Origin: an uncultured Acidobacteriota bacterium
GTDB taxonomy: Bacteria > Acidobacteriota > Thermoanaerobaculia > Multivoradales > UBA5704
NCBI GenBank assembly: GCA_963770895.1
Contig: CAVYRF010000002.1
Coordinates: 4,416,001 to 4,480,000, forward strand
Reading direction: 5' to 3'
Length of the DNA stretch: 64,000 nucleotides
Part shown: piece by piece, positions 31,368-42,643 of the stretch
Layout: each line of letters begins with the position of its first letter
Position numbering within the stretch: the first letter of the stretch is position 1
Notes under the pieces: model-generated
Databases searched by the model: none
What the model was told of the DNA's origin: nothing
The model's input: only the letters and a program-made list of their open reading frames with translations
Position numbers and translations under genes: made by a program

Positions 31368-31736
31368 ATGATCCAGATGGGAACGCTGCTCGACGTGGCG
31401 GACAACTCGGGGGCGAAGCGCATCGCCTGTATCCACCTGCGCGGCGGTTCGGCCGGACGCTACGGTCGCCTGGGCGACGTCATCACGGCGTCGGTCAAGG
31501 AAGCCGCGCCGGACGGCACGGTCAAGAAGGGGCAGGTGGTCAAGGCGGTCATCGTGCGCACGGTCAAGGAGCAGCGTCGCAAGGATGGAACCTACATCCG
31601 CTTCGACACCAACTCGGCGGTGCTGGTCAACGACGCCGGCGAGCCGATCGGCACGCGCGTCTTCGGTCCGGTGGCGCGCGAGCTGCGCGAGCGGCGTTTC
31701 ATGAAGATCGTCTCGCTGGCGCCGGAAGTCATCTAA
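31368..31736 (+). CDS. rplN: 50S ribosomal protein uL14
   Basis: MIQ...[29 protein letters not shown]. Confidence 0.99.
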   Translation: MIQMGTLLDVADNSGAKRIACIHLRGGSAGRYGRLGDVITASVKEAAPDGTVKKGQVVKAVIVRTVKEQRRKDGTYIRFDTNSAVLVNDAGEPIGTRVFGPVARELRERRFMKIVSLAPEVI

Positions 31737-31763
31737 GCAGGCGAGAGCCGAGGAGCAAGTCTC

Positions 31764-32087
31764 ATGGAGAAGCTGAAGATTCGCAAAAACGACCAGGTGC
31801 TGGTCACCGCCGGCAAGAACCGCGGCGCCCGCGGCCGCGTGCTGCGCGTGCTGTCGAGCAAGGGCCGGGCGGTGGTCGAGCACGTGAACATGATCAAGCG
31901 GCACACCCGTCCGAACCCGCAAAAGGGAATCCAGGGCGGCATCCTGGAGCGCGAGGCGCCCATTCATCTGGCCAACCTGATGCTGATCTGTCCCGAATGC
32001 GGCGAGCCGTCGCGCGTCGGGCGCAAGCGTCTGGACGACGGCCGCGGCGTGCGGGTCTGCAAGAGCTGCAACGCCACGTTCAGCTAG
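31764..32087 (+). CDS. rplX: 50S ribosomal protein uL24 (with CPEC/CKSC)
   Basis: [13 protein letters not shown] (KOW), [11 protein letters not shown]. Confidence 0.98.
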   Translation: MEKLKIRKNDQVLVTAGKNRGARGRVLRVLSSKGRAVVEHVNMIKRHTRPNPQKGIQGGILEREAPIHLANLMLICPECGEPSRVGRKRLDDGRGVRVCKSCNATFS

Positions 32088-32103
32088 CGGCGTGAGGATC
32101 GAC

Positions 32104-32820
<717 letters not shown>

Positions 32821-32830
32821 GAGACATCCC

Positions 32831-33016
32831 GTGGCCACGACCGCAAAGATCGCCAGAACCAAACAGAAGCAGAAGTTCGAAGTGCGTCTGAGGAACCGCT
32901 GCCGCGTCTGCGGCCGCCCGCGCGGGTACTACCGCAAGTTCGGGCTGTGCCGTATCCACCTCCGCGACCTTGCGCTCGCCGGCTACCTGCCGGGCGTGAT
33001 CAAGGCCAGCTGGTAG
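32831..33016 (+). CDS. rpsZ: 30S ribosomal protein uS14, short zinc-binding type Z
   Basis: 61 aa, [30 protein letters not shown]. Confidence 0.96.
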   Translation: MATTAKIARTKQKQKFEVRLRNRCRVCGRPRGYYRKFGLCRIHLRDLALAGYLPGVIKASW

Positions 33017-33049
33017 CGCGACAGGCCCGGCCTCTAGGAGACTTGACCG

Positions 33050-33457
33050 ATGAGCATGACCGATCCCATTGCGGATCTGCTGACCCGAATCAGGAACGCC
33101 CACCTGTCGAAGCACGACCGGCTCGACGTGCCGGCTTCGAAGCTGAAGCTGGAGATCGTCCGCCTGCTCAAGGAGGAGGGCTTCATCAAGAACCTGCGGC
33201 AGATCGACCCGGCCGAGGGCGAGCCGGTCGGCACCCTGCGCATCTTCCTGCGCTACAGCGCAGAAGGGACGCCGGCGATCAACCACGTGGCGCGCGTCAG
33301 CCGTCCCGGGCGCCGCGTCTACGCTCGCGCCGAAGACATCAAGCCGGTGCGCAACGGACTCGGGGTCGGCATCGTATCGACGTCGCAGGGGCTGCTCACC
33401 GACAGCCAGGCGCGCGAGCGCCGGGTGGGCGGCGAGCTGCTGTGCGAAATCTGGTAG
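33050..33457 (+). CDS. rpsH: 30S ribosomal protein uS8
   Basis: DPIADLLTRIRNA, SRPGRRVY, STSQG, GGELL. Confidence 0.99.
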   Translation: MSMTDPIADLLTRIRNAHLSKHDRLDVPASKLKLEIVRLLKEEGFIKNLRQIDPAEGEPVGTLRIFLRYSAEGTPAINHVARVSRPGRRVYARAEDIKPVRNGLGVGIVSTSQGLLTDSQARERRVGGELLCEIW

Positions 33458-33499
33458 CGGGCTCGCCACGGCCAGCGGTTCAGCGGTAAGGAGACGAGC

Positions 33500-34042
33500 A
33501 TGTCGCGGATTGGAAAGATGCCGATCACGGTCCCCAAGGGGACCAGTGTGCAATTCAAGGATGGCCGCTTCACCGCCGAGGGGCCGAAGGGCAAGGTCGA
33601 GCAGCACGTGTTCGACGGCTACCCGGTGGCGGTGGACAACGGTGTCGTCACCATCTCGCGCTCGGGCGATACCGGCCCCGAGCGGTCCAAGCACGGATTG
33701 CTGCGGGCGCTGCTGGCCAACGCCGTGCACGGGGTTTCGACCGGTTTTACGAAGCAGCTGGATATCGTCGGCGTCGGCTACCGGGCCGAGGTCAAGGGGA
33801 GCGTCGTGCAGTTCGCCCTGGGCTACTCGCACCCGGTGCTGTACGACATCCCGGCGGGGATCAAGATCGAGATCGATGCCAAGGCCAACCGCGTGACGGT
33901 GACCGGCGCCGATCGCCAGCAGGTGGGGCAGGTGGCGGCGGAGATCCGCGGTCTGCGCCGGCCCGATCCCTACAAGGGCAAGGGCATCCGGTATACCAAT
34001 GAGATCCTGCGCCGCAAGGTCGGCAAGGCCGGTGGCAAGTAA
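33500..34042 (+). CDS. rplF: 50S ribosomal protein uL6
   Basis: [23 protein letters not shown]. Confidence 0.99.
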   Translation: MSRIGKMPITVPKGTSVQFKDGRFTAEGPKGKVEQHVFDGYPVAVDNGVVTISRSGDTGPERSKHGLLRALLANAVHGVSTGFTKQLDIVGVGYRAEVKGSVVQFALGYSHPVLYDIPAGIKIEIDAKANRVTVTGADRQQVGQVAAEIRGLRRPDPYKGKGIRYTNEILRRKVGKAGGK

Positions 34043-34053
34043 GGAGCCGTGCG

Positions 34054-34440
34054 ATGAGCGACCACGTAACCAAACGGATGAAGCAGAAGCGGCAGCGGCG
34101 CCACCGCGCCCACCTGCGGGTGCGTTCGCGGGTGCAGGGCACCACCGAACGTCCGCGCCTGTCGGTCTACAAGAGCCTGCGCTACATCTACGCGCAGGTG
34201 ATCGACGACACCCGCGGCGTAACGCTGGTCGCCGCGGGTTCGGCGGACGCGGCGGTGCGCGGTCAGCTCGCCAAGTCGACCGCCAGCCAGGAGGCCGCCA
34301 AGCTGGTGGGCCAGCTGGTGGCGGAGCGGGCGCGCGAGCGGGGCATCGAAAAGGTGGTCTTCGATCGTGGCGGGTACATCTATCACGGCAACGTGAAGGC
34401 GCTCGCCGAGGCCGCCCGCGAGAAGGGTTTGCAGTTCTAG
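34054..34440 (+). CDS. rplR: 50S ribosomal protein uL18
   Basis: [32 protein letters not shown]. Confidence 0.98.
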   Translation: MSDHVTKRMKQKRQRRHRAHLRVRSRVQGTTERPRLSVYKSLRYIYAQVIDDTRGVTLVAAGSADAAVRGQLAKSTASQEAAKLVGQLVAERARERGIEKVVFDRGGYIYHGNVKALAEAAREKGLQF

Positions 34441-34474
34441 GGCCGGCTTCGTCCGGCTTACGAAGGAGATTAGC

Positions 34475-35287
34475 TTGGCCAGGGACTTCGAGCGCGAGAG
34501 CGAGTTTTTCGAGCAGGTCGTCCACATCAACCGGGTGACCAAGGTGGTCAAGGGGGGTAAGAACTTCTCCTTCTCCGCCCTGGTGGTGATCGGCGACGGC
34601 AACGGCCGCGTCGGTTACGGCGCCGGCAAGGCGAAGGAGGTCCCCATGGCCATCCGCAAGGGGATCGAGATCGCCAAGCGCAACATGGTGCAGGTGCCTC
34701 TCAAGGGCACCACCATCCCGCACGAGGTGTTGGGCGAATTCAGCGCCGGCCGGGTGCTGCTCAAGCCGGCCTCGGCAGGTACCGGCGTCATCGCCGGCGG
34801 GCCGGTGCGGGCGGTGCTCGAAACCGCGGGCATTCAGGACATCCTGACCAAGTCGCTGGGTTCCACCAACCCGCACAACGTGGTCAAGGCGACGTTCGCC
34901 GCGCTGCTCGGCCTGCGCCAGGAGGACGAGGTGCGCCGTCTGCGCGGCCTGCCGCCGCGCGAGCCGGCCCCCGGCGAAGTCGCGCCGGCTCCGGTGCGGC
35001 GCCGGCCCATGCGGCCGGAGCGGCCGCCGGAGCGCACCGGCGGCGGTCCGCCGGGACGCGGTGGCGCGGGTGGCGGACGCGGGCGCGGTGGCGCTGGCGG
35101 CGCTGGCGGCGCTGGCGGCGGACGACGCGATGCGGCGTCCTCCTCCTCCTCCTCCTCCGGGCCGGGCGGTGCCGCGGCCCCGGCCCCGGCGGCGGCGCCT
35201 GCGGGCGGTGGCGCAGGTGCGACCGGCGCCGGCAGCGCGAGCGGTGCCAGCGGAGCGGCGGCCAGCCCGGAGAAGGATTCGGAATAG
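34475..35287 (+). CDS. rpsE: 30S ribosomal protein uS5 with ~105-aa disordered C-terminal extension
   Basis: [31 protein letters not shown]; TTG start after AAGGAG. Confidence 0.98.
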   Translation: MARDFERESEFFEQVVHINRVTKVVKGGKNFSFSALVVIGDGNGRVGYGAGKAKEVPMAIRKGIEIAKRNMVQVPLKGTTIPHEVLGEFSAGRVLLKPASAGTGVIAGGPVRAVLETAGIQDILTKSLGSTNPHNVVKATFAALLGLRQEDEVRRLRGLPPREPAPGEVAPAPVRRRPMRPERPPERTGGGPPGRGGAGGGRGRGGAGGAGGAGGGRRDAASSSSSSSGPGGAAAPAPAAAPAGGGAGATGAGSASGASGAAASPEKDSE

Positions 35288-35371
35288 GCGGGTAGGTGTC
35301 CGCTGACCCACCCGCCGCCCCGCACGGAGCGTTCGGGGGCAGCGGGCAAGGGATGAACAGGAGACGGCGAG

Positions 35372-35578
35372 ATGGCGAGCGAACAGGAAGCCGGTAAGAC
35401 AATCAGGATCAGGCAGGTGCGCAGCGTGATCGGCACCCGCCGCCCGCACCGGGTGGTGCTGCACGGGCTCGGCCTGCGCAAGATCCGTGACGAAGTGGTC
35501 CGCCCCGACACGCCGGCGGTGCGCGGCGCGGTGGCGAAGGTCCAATACCTGCTGGAGATCGTCGAGGAGAAGTCATGA
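35372..35578 (+). CDS. rpmD: 50S ribosomal protein uL30
   Basis: [24 protein letters not shown]. Confidence 0.96.
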   Translation: MASEQEAGKTIRIRQVRSVIGTRRPHRVVLHGLGLRKIRDEVVRPDTPAVRGAVAKVQYLLEIVEEKS

Positions 35579-36021
35579 AGCTGCACGAGTTGAAACCGGC
35601 CAAGGGAAGCAAGCACTCCCGCAAGCGGGTGGGGCGTGGTCCGGGCTCCGGTCTCGGCAAGACCGCCGGCAAGGGCGAAAAGGGGCAGAAGTCGCGCTCC
35701 GGCTACTCCAAGCGGTTCGGCTTCGAAGGCGGCCAGATGCCGCTCATCCGGCGGGTGCCCAAGCGCGGTTTCACCAACATCTTTAAGACCGAATATTCCG
35801 TGGTCAACCTGTCGCAGCTGGGCAAGCTGGACGCCGGCGCCTCCGACGTGACGCCTGAGCTGCTCGCGACGCGCGGCTTCGTGCGCGCGGGGCGGCCGGT
35901 CAAGGTGCTGGGGGTGGGCGACGTCGAGCGGGCGTTCAAGGTCAAGGCTCATCGTTTCAGCAAAACGGCCCGCGCCAAGATCGAAGCCGCGGGCGGCAGC
36001 TGTGAGGAGCTTCCGGCGTGA
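35575..36021 (+). CDS. rplO: 50S ribosomal protein uL15
   Basis: [37 protein letters not shown]. Confidence 0.99.
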   Translation: MKLHELKPAKGSKHSRKRVGRGPGSGLGKTAGKGEKGQKSRSGYSKRFGFEGGQMPLIRRVPKRGFTNIFKTEYSVVNLSQLGKLDAGASDVTPELLATRGFVRAGRPVKVLGVGDVERAFKVKAHRFSKTARAKIEAAGGSCEELPA

Positions 36022-37403
36022 TTCAAAGCTTCCGCAACATCTTCGCGATCCCCGAGCTGCGCAAGCGGGTGTTGTTCACCTTCGGCCTGCTGGCGGTGTA
36101 CCGCATCGGCTGCGCGATCCCGACGCCGGGGGTGGACCCCCAGGCGCTGCTCGAGTTCATGCGCTCGCAGGCGGATTCGTTCCTGGGCTTCATCAACACC
36201 TTCACCGGTGGCAGCCTGCGGCGCATCGCGATCTTTTCGCTCGGCATCATGCCGTACATCACCGCTTCCATCATCCTGCAGCTGCTGACGGTGGTGTGGC
36301 CGTACCTCGAAAAGCTGTCCAAAGAGGGCGAGCTGGGGCGCAAGAAGATCACCCAGTACACCCGTTACGGCACGGTGCTGATCTCGCTCGTGCAGGGCAC
36401 CGGCATCGCCATCTTCCTGGAAAGCATGACCTCGCCGGGCGGCGCGGCGCTCGTGCCGCACCCCGGCTGGGGCTTCCGCGCCCTCACCGTGATCACGCTG
36501 ACGACCGGCACCGCCTTCGTCATGTGGCTGGGCGAGCAGATCAGCGAGCGCGGCATCGGCAACGGCATCTCGCTGATCATCTTCGCCGGCATCGTGGTCG
36601 GCTTCATCCCGGCCATCGGCAACACCTTGAGCAGCTTGCAGCGCGGCAACCTCAACCTGATCGAGATCGTGCCGCTGGTGGTGTTCATGGTGGCGGTCGT
36701 CGCCTTCATCGTCTACATGGAGCGGGCGCAGCGGCGCATCCCGGTGCAGTACGCCAAGCGCGTCATCGGGCGCAAGATCTACGGCGGCCAGGCCACCTAC
36801 CTGCCGCTGCGGGTCAACACCGGCGGCGTCATCCCGGTCATCTTCGCCGGGTCGGTCGTCACCATCCCGACGGTGCTTGCCAGCATGCTGCAAAGCTCGC
36901 AGTGGGTGCAGGACACCGCCGCCTACATCAAGTACGGAGCGCCGATCTACTACCTGCTGCAGGTGGTGGCGATCGTGTTCTTTTCGTACTTCTACATCTC
37001 GATCATCTTCAACCCGGACGACCTGGCCGAAAACATGCGCAAGTACGGCGGGTTCATTCCTGGCATCCGCCCCGGCAAGCGGACGAGCGAGTACATCGAC
37101 CGCATCCTGACGCGCATCACCCTGGTGGGCTCGCTCTACCTGGCGGCGGTGTCGATCCTGCCGGAGTTCCTGCTCACCGGCGTCCACGTCGGCGGGCTGC
37201 CGTGGATCGGCGCGCGGCTGGACGCGTTCTTCCCCAGCTGGTTCAAGGAAGGCATGGGGATCAACTTCTACTTTGGCGGCACCTCGCTTTTGATCGTGGT
37301 CGGCGTCGCCATGGACACCATCCAGCAGGTCGAGAGCCAGTTGGTCATGCGCAACTACGAAGGCTTCATGAAGAGGAGCCGCATTCGTGGCAGACGCGGC
37401 TGA
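36018..37403 (+). CDS. secY: Preprotein translocase subunit SecY
   Basis: [50 protein letters not shown]. Confidence 0.99.
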   Translation: MIQSFRNIFAIPELRKRVLFTFGLLAVYRIGCAIPTPGVDPQALLEFMRSQADSFLGFINTFTGGSLRRIAIFSLGIMPYITASIILQLLTVVWPYLEKLSKEGELGRKKITQYTRYGTVLISLVQGTGIAIFLESMTSPGGAALVPHPGWGFRALTVITLTTGTAFVMWLGEQISERGIGNGISLIIFAGIVVGFIPAIGNTLSSLQRGNLNLIEIVPLVVFMVAVVAFIVYMERAQRRIPVQYAKRVIGRKIYGGQATYLPLRVNTGGVIPVIFAGSVVTIPTVLASMLQSSQWVQDTAAYIKYGAPIYYLLQVVAIVFFSYFYISIIFNPDDLAENMRKYGGFIPGIRPGKRTSEYIDRILTRITLVGSLYLAAVSILPEFLLTGVHVGGLPWIGARLDAFFPSWFKEGMGINFYFGGTSLLIVVGVAMDTIQQVESQLVMRNYEGFMKRSRIRGRRG

Positions 37404-38022
37404 TGAAGCCGCCGTCCCTGCTCAGGGCTCGTCACCCGGTCGAGCGGCTGTGCCGCGGCCGGGGCGGCGCCTCGTGCTGCTGGGACCGCCGAACGCCGGC
37501 AAGGGAACCCAGGGGGCGATGCTGACCTCGCACCTGGGGGTTCCGGGGGTTTCGACCGGCGACATGCTGCGCGCGGAGTCGCAGTCGGGTACGGAGCTGG
37601 GGCTGCGGGTGCGGTCGATCATGGACGCGGGCGAGCTGGTGGACGACGCCACCATGGCCGACGTGGTGCGGGCGCGCTTGCGCCAGCCGGACGCCGGCAG
37701 CGGCTTTCTGCTGGACGGGTACCCGCGCACGATGGCGCAAGCGCAGACGCTGCAGGGCATCCTGGACGCGGCCGGCCAGCGGCTGGACAGGGTGCTGCTG
37801 GTGAGCGTCCCCGAAGAGGAGCTGGTGCGGCGGGCGATGTCGCGCGGGCGGTCGGACGACCGCGAAGACGTGGTGCGCGAAAGATTGCGCGTCTATCGGG
37901 AAAAAACTGCGCCTCTCATCGGTTATTATAGGGGGCTCGGTCTGTTGCGGGAGGTTGACGGCAACCGTCCTGTTGCGGACGTCGGTCACGCGCTGCTGGC
38001 CGCCCTTGAGGTGGAACCATGA
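37387..38022 (+). CDS. adk: Adenylate kinase (short-LID type)
   Basis: GPPNAGKGTQ, STGDMLR, FLLDGYPRT, RGRSDD; start uncertain. Confidence 0.95.
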   Translation: MADAADEAAVPAQGSSPGRAAVPRPGRRLVLLGPPNAGKGTQGAMLTSHLGVPGVSTGDMLRAESQSGTELGLRVRSIMDAGELVDDATMADVVRARLRQPDAGSGFLLDGYPRTMAQAQTLQGILDAAGQRLDRVLLVSVPEEELVRRAMSRGRSDDREDVVRERLRVYREKTAPLIGYYRGLGLLREVDGNRPVADVGHALLAALEVEP

Positions 38023-38768
38023 CAGTGCTGAAGACTGCCGGCGAGATCGAGCTGATGGACGAAGCCAACCGCATCGTCCATCAGGTGCTGGATGAAATGG
38101 AGCGGACGATCGCTCCCGGGGTGACGCCGCGCGAGCTGGATCGGCACGCCGAACGGGTGATCCGGGCGGCCGGCGCGGTGCCGGCGTTCCTGCATTACCG
38201 CGGCTATCCCGCGACGCTGTGCATCTCGGTCAACGACGTCATCGTGCACGGCATCCCCAACGACACGCCGCTGGCGCTGGGCGACATCGCGGGGATCGAC
38301 TGCGGCGTCGTGTACAAGGGCTATTACGGCGATGCGGCGCGCACCTTCGCGGTGGGCGCGATCGACGAAGCGTCGCGCAAGCTCCTGCAGGTGACGCGGG
38401 AAGCGCTGCTGCTGGCGGTCGAGCAGGTGAAGCCGGGGGCGCGCCTGTCGGACATCGGTCACGCGGTGCAGCGGCACGCCGAAAGCAACGGCTTTTCGGT
38501 GGTGCGGGAATTTTCGGGGCACGGCATCGGTACTGCGATGCACGAGGACCCGCAGGTGCCCAACTTCGGCGAGCCGGGCAAGGGGTTGAAGCTGCGCCCC
38601 GGATTGGTTTTGGCGATCGAGCCGATGGTCAACGCCGGCACTGCCGGAGTGCGGGTCGATCCAGACGGCTGGACGGCGCGCACGGAAGACGGGTCGCGGT
38701 CGGCTCATTTCGAGTACTCGGTGGCGGTCACCGATCACGGCGCGCGAGTGCTGGGAACGCGGGTATAG
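38019..38768 (+). CDS. map: Methionine aminopeptidase type I
   Basis: [42 protein letters not shown]. Confidence 0.98.
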   Translation: MTVLKTAGEIELMDEANRIVHQVLDEMERTIAPGVTPRELDRHAERVIRAAGAVPAFLHYRGYPATLCISVNDVIVHGIPNDTPLALGDIAGIDCGVVYKGYYGDAARTFAVGAIDEASRKLLQVTREALLLAVEQVKPGARLSDIGHAVQRHAESNGFSVVREFSGHGIGTAMHEDPQVPNFGEPGKGLKLRPGLVLAIEPMVNAGTAGVRVDPDGWTARTEDGSRSAHFEYSVAVTDHGARVLGTRV

Positions 38769-38774
38769 GAATAC

Positions 38775-38999
38775 ATGTCGAAAAAGGAAGAAGCGATCGA
38801 AGTCGAAGCGACGGTGGTCGAGCCGCTGCCCAACGCCATGTTCCGGGTGGAGCTCGACAACAACAAGCACCAGGTGCTGGCTCACATTTCGGGGAAGATG
38901 CGCAAGCACTTCATCCGTATTCTGCCCGGCGACCGGGTGCTGGTCGAGCTGTCGCCCTACGACTTGAGCCGCGGCCGCATCGTCTACCGCTTGAAATAG
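38775..38999 (+). CDS. infA: Translation initiation factor IF-1
   Basis: [30 protein letters not shown]. Confidence 0.99.
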   Translation: MSKKEEAIEVEATVVEPLPNAMFRVELDNNKHQVLAHISGKMRKHFIRILPGDRVLVELSPYDLSRGRIVYRLK

Positions 39000-39049
39000 C
39001 AGGCGGTGGGCGCTCCAGGCCGCGTTCGGGACGGAAAGGAAGTGGAGTC

Positions 39050-39163
39050 ATGAAAGTGCGTTCGTCGGTGAAACGGATCTGTCCAAAGTGCAAGGTCGTC
39101 CGCCGCCGCGGCGTGGTGCGGGTGATTTGCGAGAACCCGAAGCATAAACAGCGTCAGGGATAG
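39050..39163 (+). CDS. rpmJ: 50S ribosomal protein bL36 (zinc-binding)
   Basis: [37 protein letters not shown] (tail of ORF 38219..39163). Confidence 0.98.
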   Translation: MKVRSSVKRICPKCKVVRRRGVVRVICENPKHKQRQG

Positions 39164-39172
39164 GGGTCGGCT

Positions 39173-39556
39173 ATGGCACGTATCGCAGGCGTGGACCTGC
39201 CACAGAACAAGCAAGTCTGGATCGGTCTGACCTACATCTACGGGATCGGCCGCTCGCGCTCGCAGGACATCCTGGTCAAGGCGGAAGTGCCGTCGACGAC
39301 CCGCGTCAAGGAGCTGACCGAGGACGAAGCGCGCCGCATCCGCAAGGTCATCACCGATGAGGGCCGGGTCGAAGGCGACCTGCGCAAGGAAGTGAGCCAG
39401 AACATCAAGCGGCTGATGGAGATCGGCTGCTACCGCGGGGTGCGTCACCGCAAGGGGCTGCCGGTGCGCGGCCAGCGCACGCAGACCAACGCCCGCACCC
39501 GCAAGGGACCGCGGCGCGGCGCCGTGGCCGGCAAGAAGAAGGCGGCCAAGAAGTAG
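39173..39556 (+). CDS. rpsM: 30S ribosomal protein uS13
   Basis: [35 protein letters not shown]. Confidence 0.99.
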   Translation: MARIAGVDLPQNKQVWIGLTYIYGIGRSRSQDILVKAEVPSTTRVKELTEDEARRIRKVITDEGRVEGDLRKEVSQNIKRLMEIGCYRGVRHRKGLPVRGQRTQTNARTRKGPRRGAVAGKKKAAKK

Positions 39557-39601
39557 TCGCGGCCGCCTGCCGACGAACCCACCGGATCAGCGAGGAACGA
39601 G

Positions 39602-40006
39602 ATGGCCAAGACGGAAGCCAAGAAGGAGCGCAAGGGTACCAAGAAGAAGGACCGGCGCGTGGTGCCGCACGGGGTGGCGCACATCCAGGCGACATTCAAC
39701 AACACCATCATTTCGATCGCCGACCCCGAGGGCAGCATCGTCTCGTGGTCGTCCGCCGGCCGGATCGGCTTCAAGGGCTCGCGCAAGGGCACTCCGTTTG
39801 CGGCGCAGGTGGCGGCGCAGGCCGCCGGCAACAACGCCAAGGACGTCGGCCTGCGGTCGGTGGACGTGATGGTCAAGGGGCCGGGCGCCGGCCGCGAGTC
39901 GGCGATCCGCGCCCTGCAAGCGGCAGGGATCGACGTCAAGTCGATCAAGGACGTGACCCCCATCCCGCACAACGGCTGCCGGCCGCGGAAGCGGCGGCGG
40001 GTCTGA
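39602..40006 (+). CDS. rpsK: 30S ribosomal protein uS11
   Basis: [31 protein letters not shown]. Confidence 0.99.
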   Translation: MAKTEAKKERKGTKKKDRRVVPHGVAHIQATFNNTIISIADPEGSIVSWSSAGRIGFKGSRKGTPFAAQVAAQAAGNNAKDVGLRSVDVMVKGPGAGRESAIRALQAAGIDVKSIKDVTPIPHNGCRPRKRRRV

Positions 40007-40155
40007 TCCTGTCCCGCGCCGCAGGCGCGGAGGGATCTCGATAGATACCGGCCGAGCTGCAAGTTTGCCCCGGGTGTGCCGGGGCGCTCGCCGGGCGTCT
40101 TCCCGGGTTGAAGTCCCCGTAGCGTCGGGGAGAGGACGTCAAGGAGACATCGCAA

Positions 40156-40785
40156 GTGGCACGATACACAGGACCTGTTTGCCGGCTCTGCCGCCGCGAA
40201 CGGATGAAGCTGTTCCTCAAGGGTGACCGCTGTTTCAAGGAGAAGTGCGCCGTCGAGCGCCGCAACTTCCCTCCCGGCCAGCACGGCACGCGCCGCGGCC
40301 GGCGCACGCTCGGCTACGGCCTGCAGCTGCGCGAAAAGCAGAAGGTCAAGCGTATCTACGGCGTGCTCGAAGCGCAGTTCCGCACGTATTTCGCCGAGGC
40401 GGACCGGCGCAAAGGGATCACCGGCGACAACCTCCTGGTGATGCTGGAGCGGCGGCTGGACAACATCTCCTACAGCCTGGGCTTCGCCGCTTCGCGCGCC
40501 CAGGCGCGGCAGTTCGTGCGCCACGGCCACGTCACGGTGGACGGCCGCAAGATCACCATCCCCTCCTTCCAGGTGAAGGCCGGGCAGGTGGTGGCGGTCA
40601 AGGAGGCAAGCCGCAAGAACGCCTTCATCCGGTCGAGCGTCGAAACGGCGCGCGGTCGCGGCGTACCCGACTGGCTCGACCTGGACGCCGAAAACGTCAC
40701 CGGCAAGGTCACCCGCCTGCCGACGCGGGAGGACATCAAGCTGCCGATCCAGGAGCAGCTGATCGTCGAGCTGTACAGCCGCTAA
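40156..40785 (+). CDS. rpsD: 30S ribosomal protein uS4 (zinc-binding type)
   Basis: [37 protein letters not shown]; GTG start. Confidence 0.99.
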   Translation: MARYTGPVCRLCRRERMKLFLKGDRCFKEKCAVERRNFPPGQHGTRRGRRTLGYGLQLREKQKVKRIYGVLEAQFRTYFAEADRRKGITGDNLLVMLERRLDNISYSLGFAASRAQARQFVRHGHVTVDGRKITIPSFQVKAGQVVAVKEASRKNAFIRSSVETARGRGVPDWLDLDAENVTGKVTRLPTREDIKLPIQEQLIVELYSR

Positions 40786-40816
40786 AACGAGCTGCAATCG
40801 CAGTAAGGAGTCCCGA

Positions 40817-41803
40817 ATGCTTTGGAAAAGTTTCCAGCGCCCCAAGCGCGTTGAAATCGATAGCGAAACACTGACCCCGACCTACGGCCGCTTCACCGCC
40901 CAGCCGTTCGAGCGCGGCTTCGCCACCACCATCGGCAACGCCCTGCGGCGCTGCCTGCTGTCCTCGATCGAAGGGGCGGCGATCACCTCGGTGCACATCG
41001 AGGGGGTGCTGCACGAGTTTTCGTCCATCCCCGGCGTGCAGGAAGACGTCACCGACATCATTCTCAACTTGAAGCAGATCCCGATCCGGCTGCACAGCGA
41101 AGACGCCAAGGTGCTGACCGTCGACGTCGCCGGGCCGGCCAATGCGACCGCCGGCCAGATGACCGAAGATTCGCAGATCGAGATCATCGATCCCAGCATC
41201 CACATCGCCACCGTCAACGAGGAAGGCCACCTGAAGCTGCAGGCGCAGGTCAAGCGCGGCCGCGGCTACGTGGCGGCCGACCGCAACTTCGACGAATCGA
41301 TGGGCATCGGCTGGGTGCCGGTCGACTCGGCGCACAGCCCGGTGCGGCGCGTCAACTACCGCGTCGAGGCGGCACGCCTGGGTCAGACCACCGACTACGA
41401 GCGGTTGATCCTGGAGGTGTGGACCAACGGCACCGTGGCGCCGGAGCAGGCGGTGTCGCTCGCCGCGACGCTGCTCAAGGACCACCTGGGCATCTTCATC
41501 CAGAGCGAAGAGGGTCTGCGGCACGACGGCGGCGAAGCGAGCGAAGAGCTGGCGGGCCTCGACGCGCTGCTGGCCAAGCAGATCGACGAGCTGGACCTGT
41601 CGGTGCGCTCGGCCAATTCGCTCAAGAACGCCAACATCCACACCTTGCGGGACCTGGTGCGGCGCAGCGAAAAAGACATGATGGAAACGAAGAACTTCGG
41701 CAAGAAGTCGCTCGAAGAGGTGCAGGAGGTACTCGACAAGCTGGGCCTCTCGCTCGGCATGGAGGTGCCGGAGCGGCCGGCCGGAGCCGGGGCTTCCGCC
41801 TGA
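40817..41803 (+). CDS. rpoA: RNA polymerase alpha subunit
   Basis: PFERGFATTIGNALRR, LHEFSSIPGV.EDV, LSVRSAN.LK, NFGKKSL. Confidence 0.99.
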   Translation: MLWKSFQRPKRVEIDSETLTPTYGRFTAQPFERGFATTIGNALRRCLLSSIEGAAITSVHIEGVLHEFSSIPGVQEDVTDIILNLKQIPIRLHSEDAKVLTVDVAGPANATAGQMTEDSQIEIIDPSIHIATVNEEGHLKLQAQVKRGRGYVAADRNFDESMGIGWVPVDSAHSPVRRVNYRVEAARLGQTTDYERLILEVWTNGTVAPEQAVSLAATLLKDHLGIFIQSEEGLRHDGGEASEELAGLDALLAKQIDELDLSVRSANSLKNANIHTLRDLVRRSEKDMMETKNFGKKSLEEVQEVLDKLGLSLGMEVPERPAGAGASA

Positions 41804-41842
41804 GATGCGTGGGGCGGCACTGCCCCCAAGGAGATCTGAGAG

Positions 41843-42520
41843 ATGCGTCACGCAGTCAGAGGCAGGAAGCTCGGCCGCACGTCCTCGCACCGCGAGGCGT
41901 TGTTCCGCAACCAGCTGCAGTCGCTGATGGACCATGAGCGGATCATCACCACGCTGCCCAAGGCCAAGGAGCTGCGCCCGCTCGCCGAGCGGGTGATCAC
42001 CCGTGGCAAGCAGGACAGCGTGCATTCGCGCCGCTGGGCGCTGCGCTGGCTGCTGCGCCGCGACCTGGTCAAGAAGCTGTTCGACGAGATCTCGCCGCGC
42101 TTTGCCGAGCGGCCGGGCGGCTATCTGCGGATCGTCAAGCTGGGACCACGCCAGGGCGACGGCGCCGAGATGGCGGTGATCGAGATGGTGGACCGCGTTG
42201 CGCCGGCCGCCGACAAGAAGGACAGCAAGGGCACCGGCGGCGGCGGCAACAAGGGCGCGAGCGCCGCCAAGTCGGCCAAACCGGCCAAGCCGTCGCGCGG
42301 CAAGGCGGCGAAGGGCGCCGACGCGGAGGGCGCTGAGGGCGCCAAGGCGGAAAAGCCCGCCAAGCCCGCCAAGAAGGCCAAGGCCAAGCCCGCGGCGCCG
42401 GCGCAGGCCGACGCCGGCAAGGGCGGCAAGAAGGAGCGGGCGCCCAAGAGCGACGTCAAGCGCGCCAACCGGCCGCAGGGCGGCGGCCGCAAGCCGACCA
42501 CCCCGCGCAAGACGGTCTAA
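41843..42520 (+). CDS. rplQ: 50S ribosomal protein bL17 with ~105-aa Lys/Ala-rich tail
   Basis: MRH...RKLGRTSSHR, TTLPKAKELR, RPGGYLRI, R.GDGAEMA. Confidence 0.98.
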   Translation: MRHAVRGRKLGRTSSHREALFRNQLQSLMDHERIITTLPKAKELRPLAERVITRGKQDSVHSRRWALRWLLRRDLVKKLFDEISPRFAERPGGYLRIVKLGPRQGDGAEMAVIEMVDRVAPAADKKDSKGTGGGGNKGASAAKSAKPAKPSRGKAAKGADAEGAEGAKAEKPAKPAKKAKAKPAAPAQADAGKGGKKERAPKSDVKRANRPQGGGRKPTTPRKTV

Positions 42521-42643
42521 GCGGTTCTTTTTCTCCAACGCGCTCGCCGTGCGGCCCCTGACTTGATGGGCGGTGCGGCGGGCGCGTCTAAACTTTGGTG
42601 CGGCAGATCCCGTAGGAGATGTGCTCGAACGGGAGACTCCGAC

